Below are positions 1 to 12,724 of a stretch of DNA of 64,000 nucleotides, one piece after another. Origin of the DNA: Takakia lepidozioides (Eukaryota; Plantae; Bryophyta); NCBI GenBank assembly GCA_030704615.1, contig CM060731.1, positions 85,374,001 through 85,438,000 of the forward strand. Reading direction: 5' to 3'. The stretch's first letter is position 1. The number at the start of each line of letters is the position of its first letter. A program made the translations under genes and the position numbers. A model generated the notes under the pieces. It did not search any database. It worked only from the letters and a program-made list of their open reading frames with translations, and was not told where the DNA came from.

Positions 1-854
1 GACCTACGACGGACGGCCAAACGGAAAGAGTGAATTCCGTAGTGAAGCAATTCTTGCGGAATTACGTGTCGGCAGACCAATCAGACTGGATGGAACACTT
101 AGACGCGGCAGAGTTATGTTATAATAACACAGAACACTCCGCAACGGGAGTTTCCCCTTTCGTATTGGTCTATGGAAAAGCACCTCTGGTGCCGACAAGT
201 TGGGCCGCCCAGGACGTTGAGGAACCGGAAGTAGCGGCGGTACTGGAAGAACGCGAGCGTTTGTTGAAGCTCGCAAAGTACAATAATGCCAAAGCTAGGA
301 AACGGTATGAAAGGCAGGCGAATCGGAAGCGGAGGGAAGTGAAGTTTGAGGCAGGCACAGAGGTCTGGTTGAACATCAAGAATTTCCAACTACCTCCGGA
401 AGTAAGTCCGAAGTTCGTACCTCCGTATGCGGGACCCTTTCGCATTCGGAAGGTTATGAATGAGGATGTGTATGAATTGGAGCTGCCGGCAAACAGCAAA
501 GTGCACCCAGTATTCCATGTCTCCCTTTTGAAGCCTTACTTCAAAGATGAAGTGCGTCCGAATCGGCATCAAGTGTTGCGTCCGCCACCTATGCTGTTGG
601 ATCATGAAAATGAACCTGAGTACGAGGTGGAGACAATACTTAAGTCGAGGAGGTTCAGGAACCGAGAAACGGAGTATCTCGTCAAATGGAAGGGCTATCA
701 TCATGTGGAGGCATCTTGGGTGCGTGCTCAGAAATGGGAAACGCATCCGAGGCGGTTGCAGCTTTCGAAGGGCGACCTCAAAAGCGGAAGAAGCGTTGAT
801 GGGGACATCAACCTTGGAGCGTGGGGGAGGAAATGCATGCTTAGCCCGGCTTAG
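1..854 (+). pseudogene. Ty3/gypsy chromovirus pol 3' end: integrase C-terminus plus chromodomain (partial, frameshifted near 725)
   Basis: ORF 30-854 has the integrase tail (W..L..AELCYNN..HS.TG.SPF...YG), the GPF/GPY motif (PYAGPFRI...YELELP...VHPVFHVSLLKPY) and a chromodomain (EYEVETIL..R......YLVKWKGY...EASW). Confidence 0.93.
823..833 (+). promoter_or_regulatory. Polypurine tract of the chromovirus
   Basis: GGGGGAGGAAA directly after integrase and directly before TG at 834. Confidence 0.75.
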
Positions 855-2361
855 CTAGCTTAAGAATCCGATTGCAAAAACTTGTATTGTACAAAATGTG
901 CTATAAATGAAATGGATTCCAAATGTTGTGCGTCCTATTTTGTTTGGAATGGTGATGCATGGTATGGTTGGCTAGTGTGTAGAATGCATGCTAGCTTATA
1001 AAAGTGGGAGAGGTAAATTGGGTTAATCGTGTGTTTGCGTAGTGCCGAAATCGGGTGACCCCATCCAAGGGGCAACGAAACTTGCGCCTTCTTTGGGAGT
1101 TCACGTGCTAGTGCGCACCTGGCGCGTGCGCATACTATAACTGCGCTACCGAGGGGGTTGCCTTGTAGTGCGGGCTAACGCGGAAGCTACGTGCTTCCGT
1201 TCACGTACTATAATCGTGTAGCCTCGGGACAAAGTCGTAGTGCGGCTTCGGCGCGTTCCCGTACCTCAGGCCAGCATTCCAAGGCGGACCCAATTGTAGT
1301 GATTGGGGCGCACGGTTGGTTCAAGGTTATCTTCCTAGTCAAAGAGGGTTCCAGGGAACCCTTGCTCAAGATGATGCCAAAAGCGGCATCATGAGCGGTC
1401 GCAAGCAATGTTGTTGCAGTAAGGCGATTCGATCCTCGGGGAGGATCGTTCCTTGGCCTTAAAGTAGGCCAAGAAGAGTGCACTGGGAGGAGCTTGAGAG
1501 GCTCCACCCTTGGCCGGGACTTGGAGGAAGTCGGCCGAACTAGCTAGTGGAGAGTAGAGTCAAGTGTGGGGTTTGGTTCTTTGCCATGGGACGCCATGGT
1601 GCGGAAACAAACTCCTTGATGTGGGACGCCACAACTTGGATGTTCGTTTCTACAAAATGGACAAGTCGATGAGGACATCGACTCCCTGTTGGTAGGGGTG
1701 TGTGTCGCGGCCCTTTGCCTTGAGGGCAGGGGGTCGGGACACATGAGGGGCTGCCCCTGTGGTGGGGGCAGCGGCAGCGATAGGTATGGGGAGGCTGAAG
1801 CACCCTTGAGTGCCCAAGGCACTCAAGGAGGCGGAGGCGCTCACTAGGTGGAGCCCCGCACACCGGGTTGCGGTGGGGGTGGCTCCACAAGGGGTGGTGG
1901 TAGCTTAGCGGGACTTAGTGGGGGTGGCATAGGACTCACCATAGGGTGGAGACCTCGTGGTGGGAGTCGTGGGGCGGGAGTCGAGGGTCTTCGTGGTGGT
2001 TCGCCATAAAATGGCATGGCTGGTTGTGAAACCCCCGCGGACAGCTACAGAAGTATATATAGGGAGTAGTAACCCCGAGAACGGTGCAAGCCCGTTGGTG
2101 TCCAAAAACTAGTGAGTAAGCAAGCGAGCCGGAAAGCGACCAAAGAGTGGGGAGCTGTTCCGGACTGCCATCTACCAAAGGGAATTCCACCAGGCCCAAA
2201 TAGGTGGAGGGTCTTTCGGGAGAGCGAAGGGGGACCGTTATGTCCCGGTGAGCAGCCGAAGCTCCGAGTTGGCCCGGCGGCCAGGTTGGGAGTCAGGCGC
2301 GCGCATCAAAGCGAGGAACTATGACTTGAAGGGGGAGCTTACCGAAGTGAGGTGCGCGACA
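834..2361 (+). mobile_element. 3' LTR of the chromovirus (~1.5 kb, TG...CA)
   Basis: Starts TG after the PPT and ends GCGACA at 2361. Similarity to the uninterrupted MULE gene (49277 onward, CTGGGGATGTCCGGGAGG) begins exactly at 2362, so this is the insertion junction. Confidence 0.8.
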
Positions 2362-3154
2362 CTGGGGATGTCCGGGAGGATGTCATCCTGGTCAAAAAGC
2401 TCGGTGTCGTCCTCCTCAACATGGTCAACCACCGGCGAAACCACCTCGAGCACTCTCCCCGTCTCTACTGCCCTCTCCCCGGCTTCACCTCGAACTTGCA
2501 CAATCCGTGCTCTTTGTGGTGTTCTTTCCTCTCCTCCACTCTCCACCGTATGGGTAATTGCGGGGCTGCTCTTGCCCGCGATGGTGTAACCGGTGTGTTA
2601 CTACCTCTTTGTGGTGTCTTGGAGGGATCCACCGTCTCTGTGCGTCCCTCGCTTACATGGGCATCTGTCATTTCGGCACCCCTGGCCTCTTCAGTGGCCT
2701 TTTCTCTTTCCTTCTGTCTCGCCTGTTCTTTTGCCCTCTCTTTTGCCCTCTCGCGGGCTTTTTGTTTCTTACTAGAGCTAGCAGCAGGGGAGCCCTCCAG
2801 GACGACCACCTTTGATTGAGGAGAACTGATACCCTCGTGCGCACTGCTCACTCCCCCCTCCGCAGCCCGTGACGGCTCTCTCGCCGGGGATTGCATGTGC
2901 TTGGCTTTCTTCTTCTTCTTTGCGTGGGCGGGCCCTACTGCATGTGCATCAACAACCTCCATTGCCGGATCTGCTGTCCTCACGTCCTCACGCCCTTCAC
3001 CTGCCATGCCGCCTGCACCAACCTCCCCAATGCCTATTCTGTCGTACTCTCGCTGCAGGTCCTCCCGTCCACCAACAAAAGGTTTTAGTTTGCCCTCCCG
3101 CCCCAAGTTGGGCGATCCAAACATGCGATGACTTGGAGCTGTCGATGATACCAC
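2362..3154 (-). pseudogene. 5' low-complexity part of the MULE ParB-like/methyltransferase gene
   Basis: ORFs 2465-3154 (basic KKKKKAK stretch) and 2319-2546 (ESGGEERTPQRARIVQVRGE...DDILPDIP) match the N-terminal part of ORF 48895-49614. There is one frameshift and the gene is interrupted by the LTR. Confidence 0.75.
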
Positions 3155-4074
3155 CAGCGTGTCGGGCTCGTCGTCACTCTGTCATTCCCGAAAATCGTGA
3201 GAACCAACATCGGAATGAAAACCACCATCGCAACGAGCAGCGCAACCACCATCACAACAATCGTGGAACAACAATGAAAACAAATCCAACCAATGCCTAA
3301 GAATGACATGCACAAGCAGCCTTCTCAAGAGCTGCCGGCTTTGCACACACATTGCAAACTATCTAAGGTTCACTCAACCGGTAACATGAAACACGATGAA
3401 CAAATGAACACGAATTCCATAAGACGGGAAAACAGGGTGAAATGTTTTGAAGGCACTTCATCTGCTCAGACAATCTTCTCTGCTTAGCATGGATTTCCTT
3501 AATTTTTAACCACTATGGCCTTGATCATTCTTCTCAACAGCTCCTGCTTTTGCGATGCAACCATACGCTTCCAGCGATGCCAGGCTGAAGATGCGAAATC
3601 AATCCAAAAAATGAAGTAAACAACAAAGCGAAAGCGGAAGTGGCTTGCCTGGGAGTACTCGGCTTCAGTTGGCGCGGGTTGTGAGCAAGACACTGGAATC
3701 TCCTGCTGGAGCTTAAGTTTGGCCATGCGAGAGGTTGGCCGTCGCCCGTAGTACAAAGCCTTCAACTTCCGCCGCGGTCTGGATGTGGGGTCTCTCTTAG
3801 GAGAGCCACGCCCTTCATGCGGCATAAGTCCCAGCAAAAGAAAAAAGATCTCAATATTTTTGTGTACATGCCTCGAATAGAACTTCATCCAAGTTTAGCA
3901 TCAGGTTTCCAAGACGTATCGAGGAAGCAAGCGCGGAATCCCTGTGTCGCTAGCCCGAATCAAAACCGACGGCGGAGGACATTTAATGCCCAACTACGCA
4001 ATTAAATGTTGAATGAAGTATGACGCAACGAAGCCCTCCCTGTCGGATGAAATATGACGCAACGAGGCCCAGAA

Positions 4075-4620
4075 TTTCCATTGTAGAGGTAATTCGGAGC
4101 GCGGCAGGATGGAAATCCGGCGCCGAATTTCCATCTGCCAGGTAAGTCGGAGCGCCGAATTTCCGTCATGCAGGTAATTCGGAGAGCGGATGGATGGAAA
4201 TCCGCCGCCGAATTTCCATCCGCCAGGTAAGTCGAAGCGTGGATGGATGGAAATCCGGCGCCGAATTTCCATCATGCAGGTAACTCGGAGCGCCGAATTT
4301 CCATCATGCAGGCAATTCGGAGAGCGGATGGATGGAAATCCGGCGCCGAATTTCCATCCGCCAGGAAAGTCGGAGCGCCGAATTTCCGTCATGCAGGTAA
4401 TTCGGAGAGCGGATGGATGGAAATCCGGCACCGAATTTCCATCCTGCAGGTAACTCGAAGCGCGGATGGATGGAAATCCGGCGCCGAATTTCCGTCATGC
4501 AGGTAATTCGGAGCGCGGCCGGATGGAAATCCGGCGCCGGATTTCCATCAAGCAGGTAACTCGGAGTGCGGTCGGATGGAAATTCGGCGCCGAATTACCA
4601 TCCTGCAGGTAATTCTGAGT
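4075..4620. repeat. Tandem array of ~32-45 bp units built on the near-perfect palindrome GATGGAAATYCGGCGCCGAATTTCCATC
   Basis: Repeated GCAGGTAATTCGGAG(AG)CG..GGATGGAAATCCGGCGCCGAATTTCCATC units read directly. Confidence 0.95.
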
Positions 4621-4759
4621 GTGGCCGCTTGGTTTTTTGGTCTAAAAAGACACTAAACCTTTAGTTTTGTGGCTGAAGTCCACTTTTAGACACGTTTTTC
4701 AGGGAATTCTCGACTGCTAGAGAGAAATTCCTTGCTTCTTTTCCATCCCGCTTAGTTCC

Positions 4760-5505
4760 TACATGGAAATTCGTTGCCGAAATTCCATCTGGCCGCGATT
4801 GCGATTACATGCCGAATGGAAATTAGGCGCCGGTTTTCCATCTGGCCGCGATCGCGATTACATGCCGAATGGAAATTCGGCGCCGGTTTTCCATCCCCTC
4901 CGCCCGAGTCGACTTTATCCCGGCGCCCCCTGTTGGATATTCGGTGCCGAATTTCCGTCCGGGGGTTGTAATGTGACGGCCAGGTGCCGGCCTCTCCCCC
5001 CTAGCCAACTGCATCCGAACGGCCCCGGATTGAAATTCGGCGCTGTTTTTCCATCCGGGGAGGTTTTTATTTAGGCCATTTTTCGGCCTGACCCCCAACA
5101 CGACTTCCTTTGGGGGGGCCCGGATGGAAATTCGGCGCCAAATTTCCATCCGGGGGATGTTCTCTGTCGGACAAGTGCCGGCCTCTCCGCCCGAGGCGAC
5201 TTCATCCGGGCGGCCCCTATTGGATATTCGGTGCAGAATTCTCGTCCGGGGGTTGTAATGTGACGGCCAGGTGCCGGCCTCTCCCCCCGAGCCGACTGCA
5301 TCCGAACGGCCCTGGATGGAAATTCGGCGCCGTTTTTCCATCCGGGGAGGTTTTTATGTCGGCCAGTTTTCGGCCTGACCCCCCAACACGACTTCCTTTG
5401 GGGGGGCCCGGATGGAAATTCGGCGCTGAATTTCCATCCGGGGGATGTTCTCTGTCGGACAAGTGCCGGCCTCTCCGTCCGAGTCGACTTCATCCGGGCG
5501 GCCCC
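4760..5505. repeat. Second array: short GGAAATTCGGCGCC units followed by two ~290 bp tandem units carrying the same motif
   Basis: 4921 CGGCGCCCCCTGTTGGATATTCGGTGC recurs at 5211. GGATGGAAATTCGGCGCC variants occur throughout. Confidence 0.9.
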
Positions 5506-5741
5506 CCACTTTCTGACTGCATACCGTTGGCAGTTATTGCGCAAAGACCAGGGGCCGCATTCCGGAGACAAAGTTCATTAACACTCTGACTATGGATTTT
5601 TGAGATAGTTGGCTCCCTGGATTTGGATCAGGCTTCGTCGCTCGGACAAATCGGCACCGCAGTCCTTCCCATCGGTGCATCCCCCTTCTACCAGGGAGCT
5701 TGCCCGCACGCCATCCTGGCAGTCTTGTGTGCATATCTCCC

Positions 5742-8700
5742 ATGGCGGAAAACCCGAGCACTACAGTGTACTGCCCTCCTCACGAGCATAGAGCTTCATT
5801 TCCGTGCAGAGGGGACATCTGCCGTGTGATGGAGAAATATCTGTGCGTTCGATACCACCTGAAACCGGGGTCGGTTTTTTTGGAGGAGGAAAGGAAGGAC
5901 TCAAACGGCGTTGTTGTCGAGAGTATTGTTGTGCTCCACGATGATTTCGGCGATGGTAGGGAATGGCGAGTTCCACCATCGGACAACGTCCGTCATATAC
6001 AGGGCTGTTGGGGACTTCATTTGCCCGCCAAATGCACCTTCTATCCTGGCGCCTTCCACGAAACAATCCGCGAATCAGAGAGTGGCTACCTCAAAGAGAG
6101 AAGTCCGCAACGAAGTAAATCCAGAGCCGAACCCATCCATGAAGACGAGCGAGAACCGGGTTGTTCACAACCTGTCCGACTCAGACGAGGTCATGGAAGT
6201 TCCGAGGTCGTCCTGGAGATCAGGCAAGTCCTCAATGGACGTCAGTGGACGAGGGAGTCATATTCCTAGCACGAGCACCGCAGTTCGATCTATTCTTGAA
6301 ATTCTGCGAGGGCTTCACATGGAGGGACACCGCTTGGAGCTGGCCGGGCTGGACTACAACAAGTTCGCAATTAAATCGGTTACATGCTTTCCCGCAGACA
6401 TCGACGGTAATATCTTCTTTGAGTTCCCTCCATGGACGGACTACTCGAGGGCGTCCGGAATGTTGACAGATATGGATAGAAAACATGATGGTCAACCTTG
6501 GTGCGTCACCAAAACCACCAGCATGAAGATGCTCGATGGTGTGCGGGTGTGCTACGTTGTTTGTGCGGGCGCGTTGCGGTGTTTCTCCCCAATTTGCTTC
6601 CATTTTAAATCCAGAGGTCACAGGAACGAGACCGATTGGACAGGCACAACTCATCAACCATTTCGAGCTCAAGAGAAGGTTCCGAACTCCACATTTAAGT
6701 GTGCGCATTGCAAAGAACCACCACAGTGCATGTCTGTTTGTAATGCCAAGCAGTTCTATGTGTTGCACCGTTTCCCTGACCTCACCCGAGCTTGCATACA
6801 CGTTGGTTCCCATTGTCACAAATTGGTGAGGGGGAACCCACGGGAGGCTGCCCACGAGGCAGAGCAGCTCGTTCAGGAGGAGGTAAAGTTGATACCGGGT
6901 GCCAAACCCAAACAGATCCATCTCCAAGCCGCCCATAAGATGGCATTGGCCAGAATTATGTTGGAAGACGGCTCCGATAGAGTTCCTCTCGATGACAAGG
7001 AAATGGAAGCATTGCTGGAGTCGATGTCCCACGTCTGTTCACCGAATGTCCGAAACCACATTGTGTCATGCAAACAGAAAATTGGGCGTGGCTCGGATAT
7101 GCACTCCATTCTGGAGGTGAAGTGACGATGTGGATATGACTACATTCATGGAAGTCGGTTTCCAGGACAAGGGACTGAGGCAGATCGTTGTTTCGTATTC
7201 AAAATGTCGACGTGTGGACCTGGTAGCGGCGTCGAACTGGTGGACAGGATGACGAGTGGGGACTTGTCAAACAGTTGGGTCATGTTCGACCATATCAAGC
7301 GAATTACAAATCACCAGTGGGTGACAATGGGTGCACATGTCTACGACACCCACTGCAGGATGCTAATGACAATTGCTATTTGTGAGATGAAAGGAGAGGA
7401 CACACAATTGGAGATGCTTCTTTGGCAGGGAATAAATGAACAGATGGCCAAGGCGGGATTGCCCCCTCCCAATTTCCGTGGTTTCATGGCGGACAACGCA
7501 CAAGCAAATTGGGCTGCCATCCGAAGGGTGTACGGGCAAGACCCCAATGTTCCCATAGAAGGCAAGGAGAGATCTTGTGGGTTCCATTTTCTGCAGAGCC
7601 TTTCGCAGTACACAACCAGGCTCGTGGCGCCAGATTTCAGAGAGGAGCACCGTTCCATGTGTCTTGCGTGGAAGCGCGTTCCCACCTTGGATGATGCAGA
7701 GACACAGTTTGCATGTATACGGGCTTGGTGGACATCGTCAGGTGCTGTAAGGAAATCAGACGAGGGAGCAATGGTCAGTTGGCTAGCATGGTGGCATTAT
7801 CGTTTCCTCTAGTTCGGCGACTATATGCGGGAGGTGAGTTACTCGAATTCGCGTCCCGTTGAATATTATTCTTGGCATTATTTGTAACTTGCCTTCGGGA
7901 CACGCCATTGCTTCGAAGAGGCCAACATTTGGAAGGAGATGTTCATACCCGTCCAGTGAGACGAAGACTTGACGAGGCACCTGGCGGGGAAGAGGATTCA
8001 TGGCGAGCTGACAAGAATATTCACACGTTCCCTCGTGGTCCCGTGATGTTGCCCGAGGAGGTCTCGTCGAGCACCGCAAGTCCTGCACGTTCAAGATCGC
8101 CATCTCCTTTGAGCACAAGGCATGTGCCCGAGGAACATAACGAGCCATCTGTAGTAACGCAGTACAACATACCCATTGTGGAGACAAGAGTGTCGGAGTC
8201 ACAGTGGAGAATTGCAAGGACATTGCCGGCATTTCGAGGGAAGTGCTGCGCCATTCGGGTGGATACGAGAGCACGCTGTGGTGAGATGATTCGGAGGAAC
8301 CCACACGGTGCTATACCTGCATCTTGTTTCAGCGGCAGATTTTTGACTTCCACATTTGCTCACGCCACAACGCAGACGTTTTGGTTCTGTAGGCACGATA
8401 TAATGACCTGTGTATTTGGCAAGCCCAAATACGGGATTCAGGGAATGCCGGAGCTTCCGGGCGTCTGGCCTGTTGCACCAGACGGATGCTCTACTGCAGC
8501 AGGATTTCGAATGGTGCAACGCATAGACGTCCCGGCCCACGCATTTCCAGTTCCTCAGACCCAGCCATTGCAGACTGCTCGGTCCAGTAGAGACGGATTG
8601 GACAATTCTGCACATCCCACAATGCGATTCGGAAGAGTGAAGAGACGACACCCTCCCAACAAGTTGAATGAGACTCGGATTGCCAATGCTCTTGGGATGG

Positions 8701-9014
8701 CTTGCACTATTCAGAGCTCCGTGGACGTACCTCCACCCGGCCTTGGGCGTGTTTATCGGATGGCAACGGCCGGCTCGGCTGTACGCGACGATGTATACAC
8801 AATTATGATTGGAGTGGAGCCGACTTGCAATTGTACGGACTTCTCGTTGATGGAAGCAAAGAAGGGTTCAAAGTATTATCCGTGCAAGCATCTGTATTAC
8901 ATTTACCTGAAGAGGTTGAGGATGAACGTGACTATTGATGACTTTATTCATGCACCGGCGTTGAGCGTGAACGAGCTGCACAAACTCCTCCTTAGGGATT
9001 CCAGAAATCATTGA
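5742..9014 (+). pseudogene. MULE-type transposase: GCM/WRKY-like Zn DNA-binding domain, DDE core, C-terminal SWIM finger (inactive copy)
   Basis: CAGALRC...C..CAHC...C...C.A...RACIHVGSHCH (GCM/WRKY-like); WVMFDHIKR and FRGFMADNAQA (two catalytic Asp); CGFH (MULE CxxH); CNCTDF...PCKHLYY (SWIM). In-frame stops at 7123 (TGA) and 7810 (TAG) and a splice donor at 7834. The exon with the catalytic Glu appears deleted. Confidence 0.85.
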
Positions 9015-9169
9015 TGGGGCAAAGGGAATCCTCCATATGGATATTTTCAATTGCATTTTCATGTATCAGACTTTTTTTTGCAGTGTAATGAAATGCACCC
9101 CAAAACTCCTGGAATGAGGCAATATTCCATTCAAACTGAGATCCAACAGAAGCAGTTGTGGGGCCATTT

Positions 9170-9570
9170 CTGGAAAAATGGTGCCGAATTTCTCTATTTT
9201 GGGCCGAAAATTGGCTAAGTCCCAACATGCACTGGTACTCCTGTGTCTGGAAAAATGGCGCCGAATTTCCCTATTTTGGGCCGAAAACTGGCTAAGTCCG
9301 AACATGCTCGGGAACGATGTTTGGAAAAATGGCGCCGAATTTCCAATTACATGGCCCAGAACTGCCCAACATCTGTGCAATCCCCGGCACCATGTACCGA
9401 AATTCGGCGCCACATTTCCAAATTTTGGGCTTACACACCTGTCATGAGGGGACCTATAGCCGCGGAATTCGGCACCATTTTTCGCCAGAGAGACCTATTA
9501 CCGCGAAATACGTCGCGGTTTTTTCCAGTTACGGACCCTATTACCGCAAAATTCGGCGCCATTTTTGCAC
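9170..9570. repeat. Subterminal repeats AAAATGGCGCCGAATTT in both orientations
   Basis: Motif read at about 9176, 9252, 9326, 9401, 9466 and 9549. Confidence 0.9.
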
Positions 9571-9761
9571 ATGTCGCTGGGAATTGGCATGAGCGGAAGA
9601 CGAAATATCATGAGCACAACTCTCAAAACTACAATTTTCCCTTCAAGGTGCCGAATAATATATTTGTTTTTTCTGACACATTGCATTAAATTAATGTTTT
9701 ATAATGTTTTTTATTTTCGAAATTTGTACTTATGCTCATGAAAACCGATTGTCTTGCTACT

Positions 9762-9799
9762 CCGCTCATGCCGCTCATGCTCGTGAAATAGCTAACCTC
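9762..9799 (-). repeat. Right terminal inverted repeat of MULE copy A (CATGAGC-repeat type)
   Basis: Reverse complement is GAGGTTAGCTATTTCACGAGCATGAGCGGCATGAGCGG, matching the ends at 27096, 33278, 44410 and 63951. Confidence 0.9.
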
Positions 9800-9936
9800 C
9801 CAAAGGGTACCATACATGCTAGCATTGTGGCGATGATCTTGATGCACATCCCACCATCTTCACAAGATGGTGTATCCCAACTACCGCAAGTTTCTTCCTA
9901 TGAGCCATTGATGGAGAAGAAGAGAGAAACACTTGT

Positions 9937-12166
9937 TTGATGGCAAAGGGGAAGTACGTCCCCCCCGTGACACCATCCGGGCAGTTTTGGGAGGACCAAT
10001 GGAAGGAGGCCCATGCGGGCATGGTTAGTGTAGTGGACGTGCCCGGCATGAAGCGATTTTCAATCTTCTACGAGTTGCCATATTGGGCGGTACATATTCC
10101 ACAAAAACACCATCAATATCCTTATGCATGCATGTGATATTGCCCATTTTGTATGAGTTACATTGTCAATTTCACGTTAAAAGTGTAAGTATTTGTGGGT
10201 GGGGATATATGTAGGACCTGAAGATTCGCCACACTAGATCCCATGCATATTGAGAAGAATGTTTGTTCGTCCATTTTTTGGGTTCTTTATGTGGCATGCC
10301 GACAAAGAAGGGAGTGGCTGCAAAAGGAGATTCTCTCAGTGTTAGAAATGAGCTTGAGGAGCAGGGTCGCATGTGCCATCTACGGGCCGAACAAAATGGT
10401 GTGGACCCAAAGGGTGTTGTACGGTGGAAGTATAGGCGCGCACCTTGACAATGGACAAATGAGGAATACAACAAAGTGAGAGTCACCATAGGTGCTATCC
10501 GGACACCAACCGGGTATGGATCATCCCTCCGTACAAAATTCAGCGAAGACACTGTCCATGGTTTGAAGTCTCACGACTACCATAATATACTGCAAGACAT
10601 CTTGCCCATTGCAGTACATGGGACATTGACTCCCGAGGTTTGCGAGACAATCTACAGATTGGGAGGTTTGCTCCAGTGGATTTGCTCCAAAGAGTTGGAG
10701 GAAGTGGATTTTCCACGCATGAAGAAGGAGGCGGCGGAGGTAATGTGTATGTTGGAGATGAACCTTCCTCCCTCTTTCTTTGACATCCAAGTGCATTTGG
10801 TAGTGCACTTAGTGGAAGAGGCTTCGATTGTCGGCCCCGTTCATTCTCGGTGGATGTACTTCCTTGAGTGTTATATGAAGACTTTGAAAGCATTTGTAAG
10901 ACAAATGGCGCACCCGGAGGGTAGCATGGCGGAGGGGTATATGTTGCAAGAAGCTATGTTCTATTGCACGGAGTACATGGCAAGGGTGGATGAAGAAGCC
11001 CCTCGGATGTGGAAGGAAGAGGAGGATGCACGAACCAAGGACATCGTTTTGCCCAAAAACTCGAAGAGGGTAAAATTGCCAACCTTGGTGATTGAGCAAG
11101 CGCATGACTTCATACTGAAGAACACCCCATCCATACATGAGTGGGAGGCAAGATACAATAACCTTGTTCAGCAATGAGAGGAGGAGACGCTTGCATGGAG
11201 GCGGAACTATCCAAGGCCGGTTACTAGACGCCCTCAACAAGGAGCGGGGGCCGTCGGAATGTTCTTCATAAAATTTGCCCATGGAATTGCAGCCTCTAAG
11301 TTCATTCCAACAGTGGCTTCAGACTTCAATTTATGACGTCGTTGCTCAAGGTGAGGTGATTTCAGATATGGTGCAAGACATTGCAAGGGGCCCCTCTCAA
11401 TTCGCGACCTCATACACGGCGGTTTGGGTTCACGGTCATCATTTCCGCATTCGTGCTCTTGACATGAAGCACAAAACAACGTTTGATTCTAGCTTGTGTG
11501 TCACATATTGGCAAGACTCTGTATGGGGCAAAGGAGATACACGACCTGCTATGAGCAAACTTGAGTACATTGGAGAGCTTGAGAGCATACTCCAACTTCA
11601 GTATACAAGGTACCGGTCTCTTCTCTTCAAGGGAAGGTGGTTCCAGCCACATCTTGTGGGGCCCTCCACAACATTAGTGCAAAATGATTGTGGTTTCATG
11701 CGCATCAATGCAGATAGGCTCAACCCTACTCATCACCCCTCCGATGAGCCTTTTTCATGGCCTTTAGACATGAAGCAAATTTTCTTCTTCGATGACAAAA
11801 CAAGAGGGGGAAATTGGAAAGTGGTTGTGCATGCTCAGCCAAGAGGAAGACGTATCTATCATGGTCTCGGATCTCCATGGGTTGAGGCAATTGCGGTGGA
11901 GGGAGAGACTGGTCATAATGATACTGATGTTGGAGGAGGATGATGACGTCCCGGAGAATGCATCCCAGACCCTATATGATGAAGCTCCAGCAAATACGGA
12001 TGTTGGAGAAGGAGATGAAGACACGGCCATTGAAAACGAGGTGGAGGATGATTCGGAGGTGCCTTTTGAGGGCCGGGCCATTTATGACGATGACTCCGAT
12101 GACCAAGAAAACTTGCAGCTTGATGAGGATGAAGAAGCTCCGGATGATGATGTTCAAGTTGATTAG
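9937..12166 (+). pseudogene. CACTA transposase (TnpD/Tnp2: Transposase_21 tail, DUF4218, DUF4216), degenerate
   Basis: SIFYELPYW; IRHTLDPMHIEKNV; GLKSHDYH; LPPSFFDIQVHLVVHL...GPVHSRWMY..E..MK.LK..VR..AHPEGSMAEGY; YIGELESI...F.GRWF...DEPF...QIFF..D....WKVV; acidic tail. Contains stops and frameshifts. Confidence 0.92.
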
Positions 12167-12271
12167 ACACGTAATCAAAGCTACATAATAATTCTCGCAC
12201 CAAACTGTACCCATCCCTTCGATTGATTGTACATGTACATGCATATTGTAGCTTATTTCTATGATTGATCA

Positions 12272-12724
12272 ATGGTTGTGGCTGATAGTCTTCCAAGAAA
12301 GAAGGCAGAGGCAATGAATATGTTGGAGCAACACATACAAATGTGGTGTCAAGAGAATAATCAAAATGAGCGTTTAGTCATAACCGCTAAAGCCTTCAAG
12401 TCAACGTTCTCAATGTTCGTTTGCAGCAACTGCAATTGTGACATTTGTGGAAAGATAAGAAGTTTGGGGTATTGGTCACCTGGTGAGACAATCATCTTCC
12501 ACTACATTCTGGGCAACGGGCGCTGCAGCAATGGTGAAGCCCTTGTGGTAGATGGTGGCGCACATGTTGGATACTTCTCCCTCATAGCAGCAGCTTATGG
12601 TTGCTGGGTAGCTGCCTTCGAGCCCAACTTCAAAGCCATACGCTACCTGCAAGCATCAGTGGCCCTACATCAGCTGGGCAGCCTTGTGAAATTGTACCAA
12701 AAAGCTCTTGGGTTGACGCGTTGA
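12272..12724 (+). pseudogene. FkbM-family (Methyltransf_21-like) SAM methyltransferase fragment captured in the CACTA
   Basis: VVDGGAHVGYFSLIAAAYGCWVAAFEPN...L..SVAL......V.L...ALG is the FkbM N-terminal signature. The C-terminal half is missing. Confidence 0.78.

Larger units (their letters stand above)
2362..9799. mobile_element. Mutator-like DNA transposon, copy A (right ~7.4 kb; left part displaced out of the window by the chromovirus)
   Basis: Contains a MULE transposase and a terminal inverted repeat ending GAAATAGCTAACCTC at 9799, reverse-complementary to 63951-64000. Segment 2362-2590 is near-identical to 49277-49507. Confidence 0.88.

Noticed and set aside
1191-2324. Short ORFs inside the chromovirus LTR
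   Set aside because: GC-rich LTR sequence with no motifs and no second copy to test conservation.
4075-5505. CRISPR-like appearance of palindromic repeats (also 30435-31410 and 46975-47550)
   Set aside because: The intervening sequences are themselves repeated rather than unique spacers, no cas genes are present, and the context is eukaryotic.
3994-5589. ORFs with repeated GWKFGAEFPS / MEIRRRISI peptides (also at 9066-9689, 30407-31452, 46952-47601)
   Set aside because: They are translations of non-coding tandem repeats, open on both strands because the unit is palindromic.
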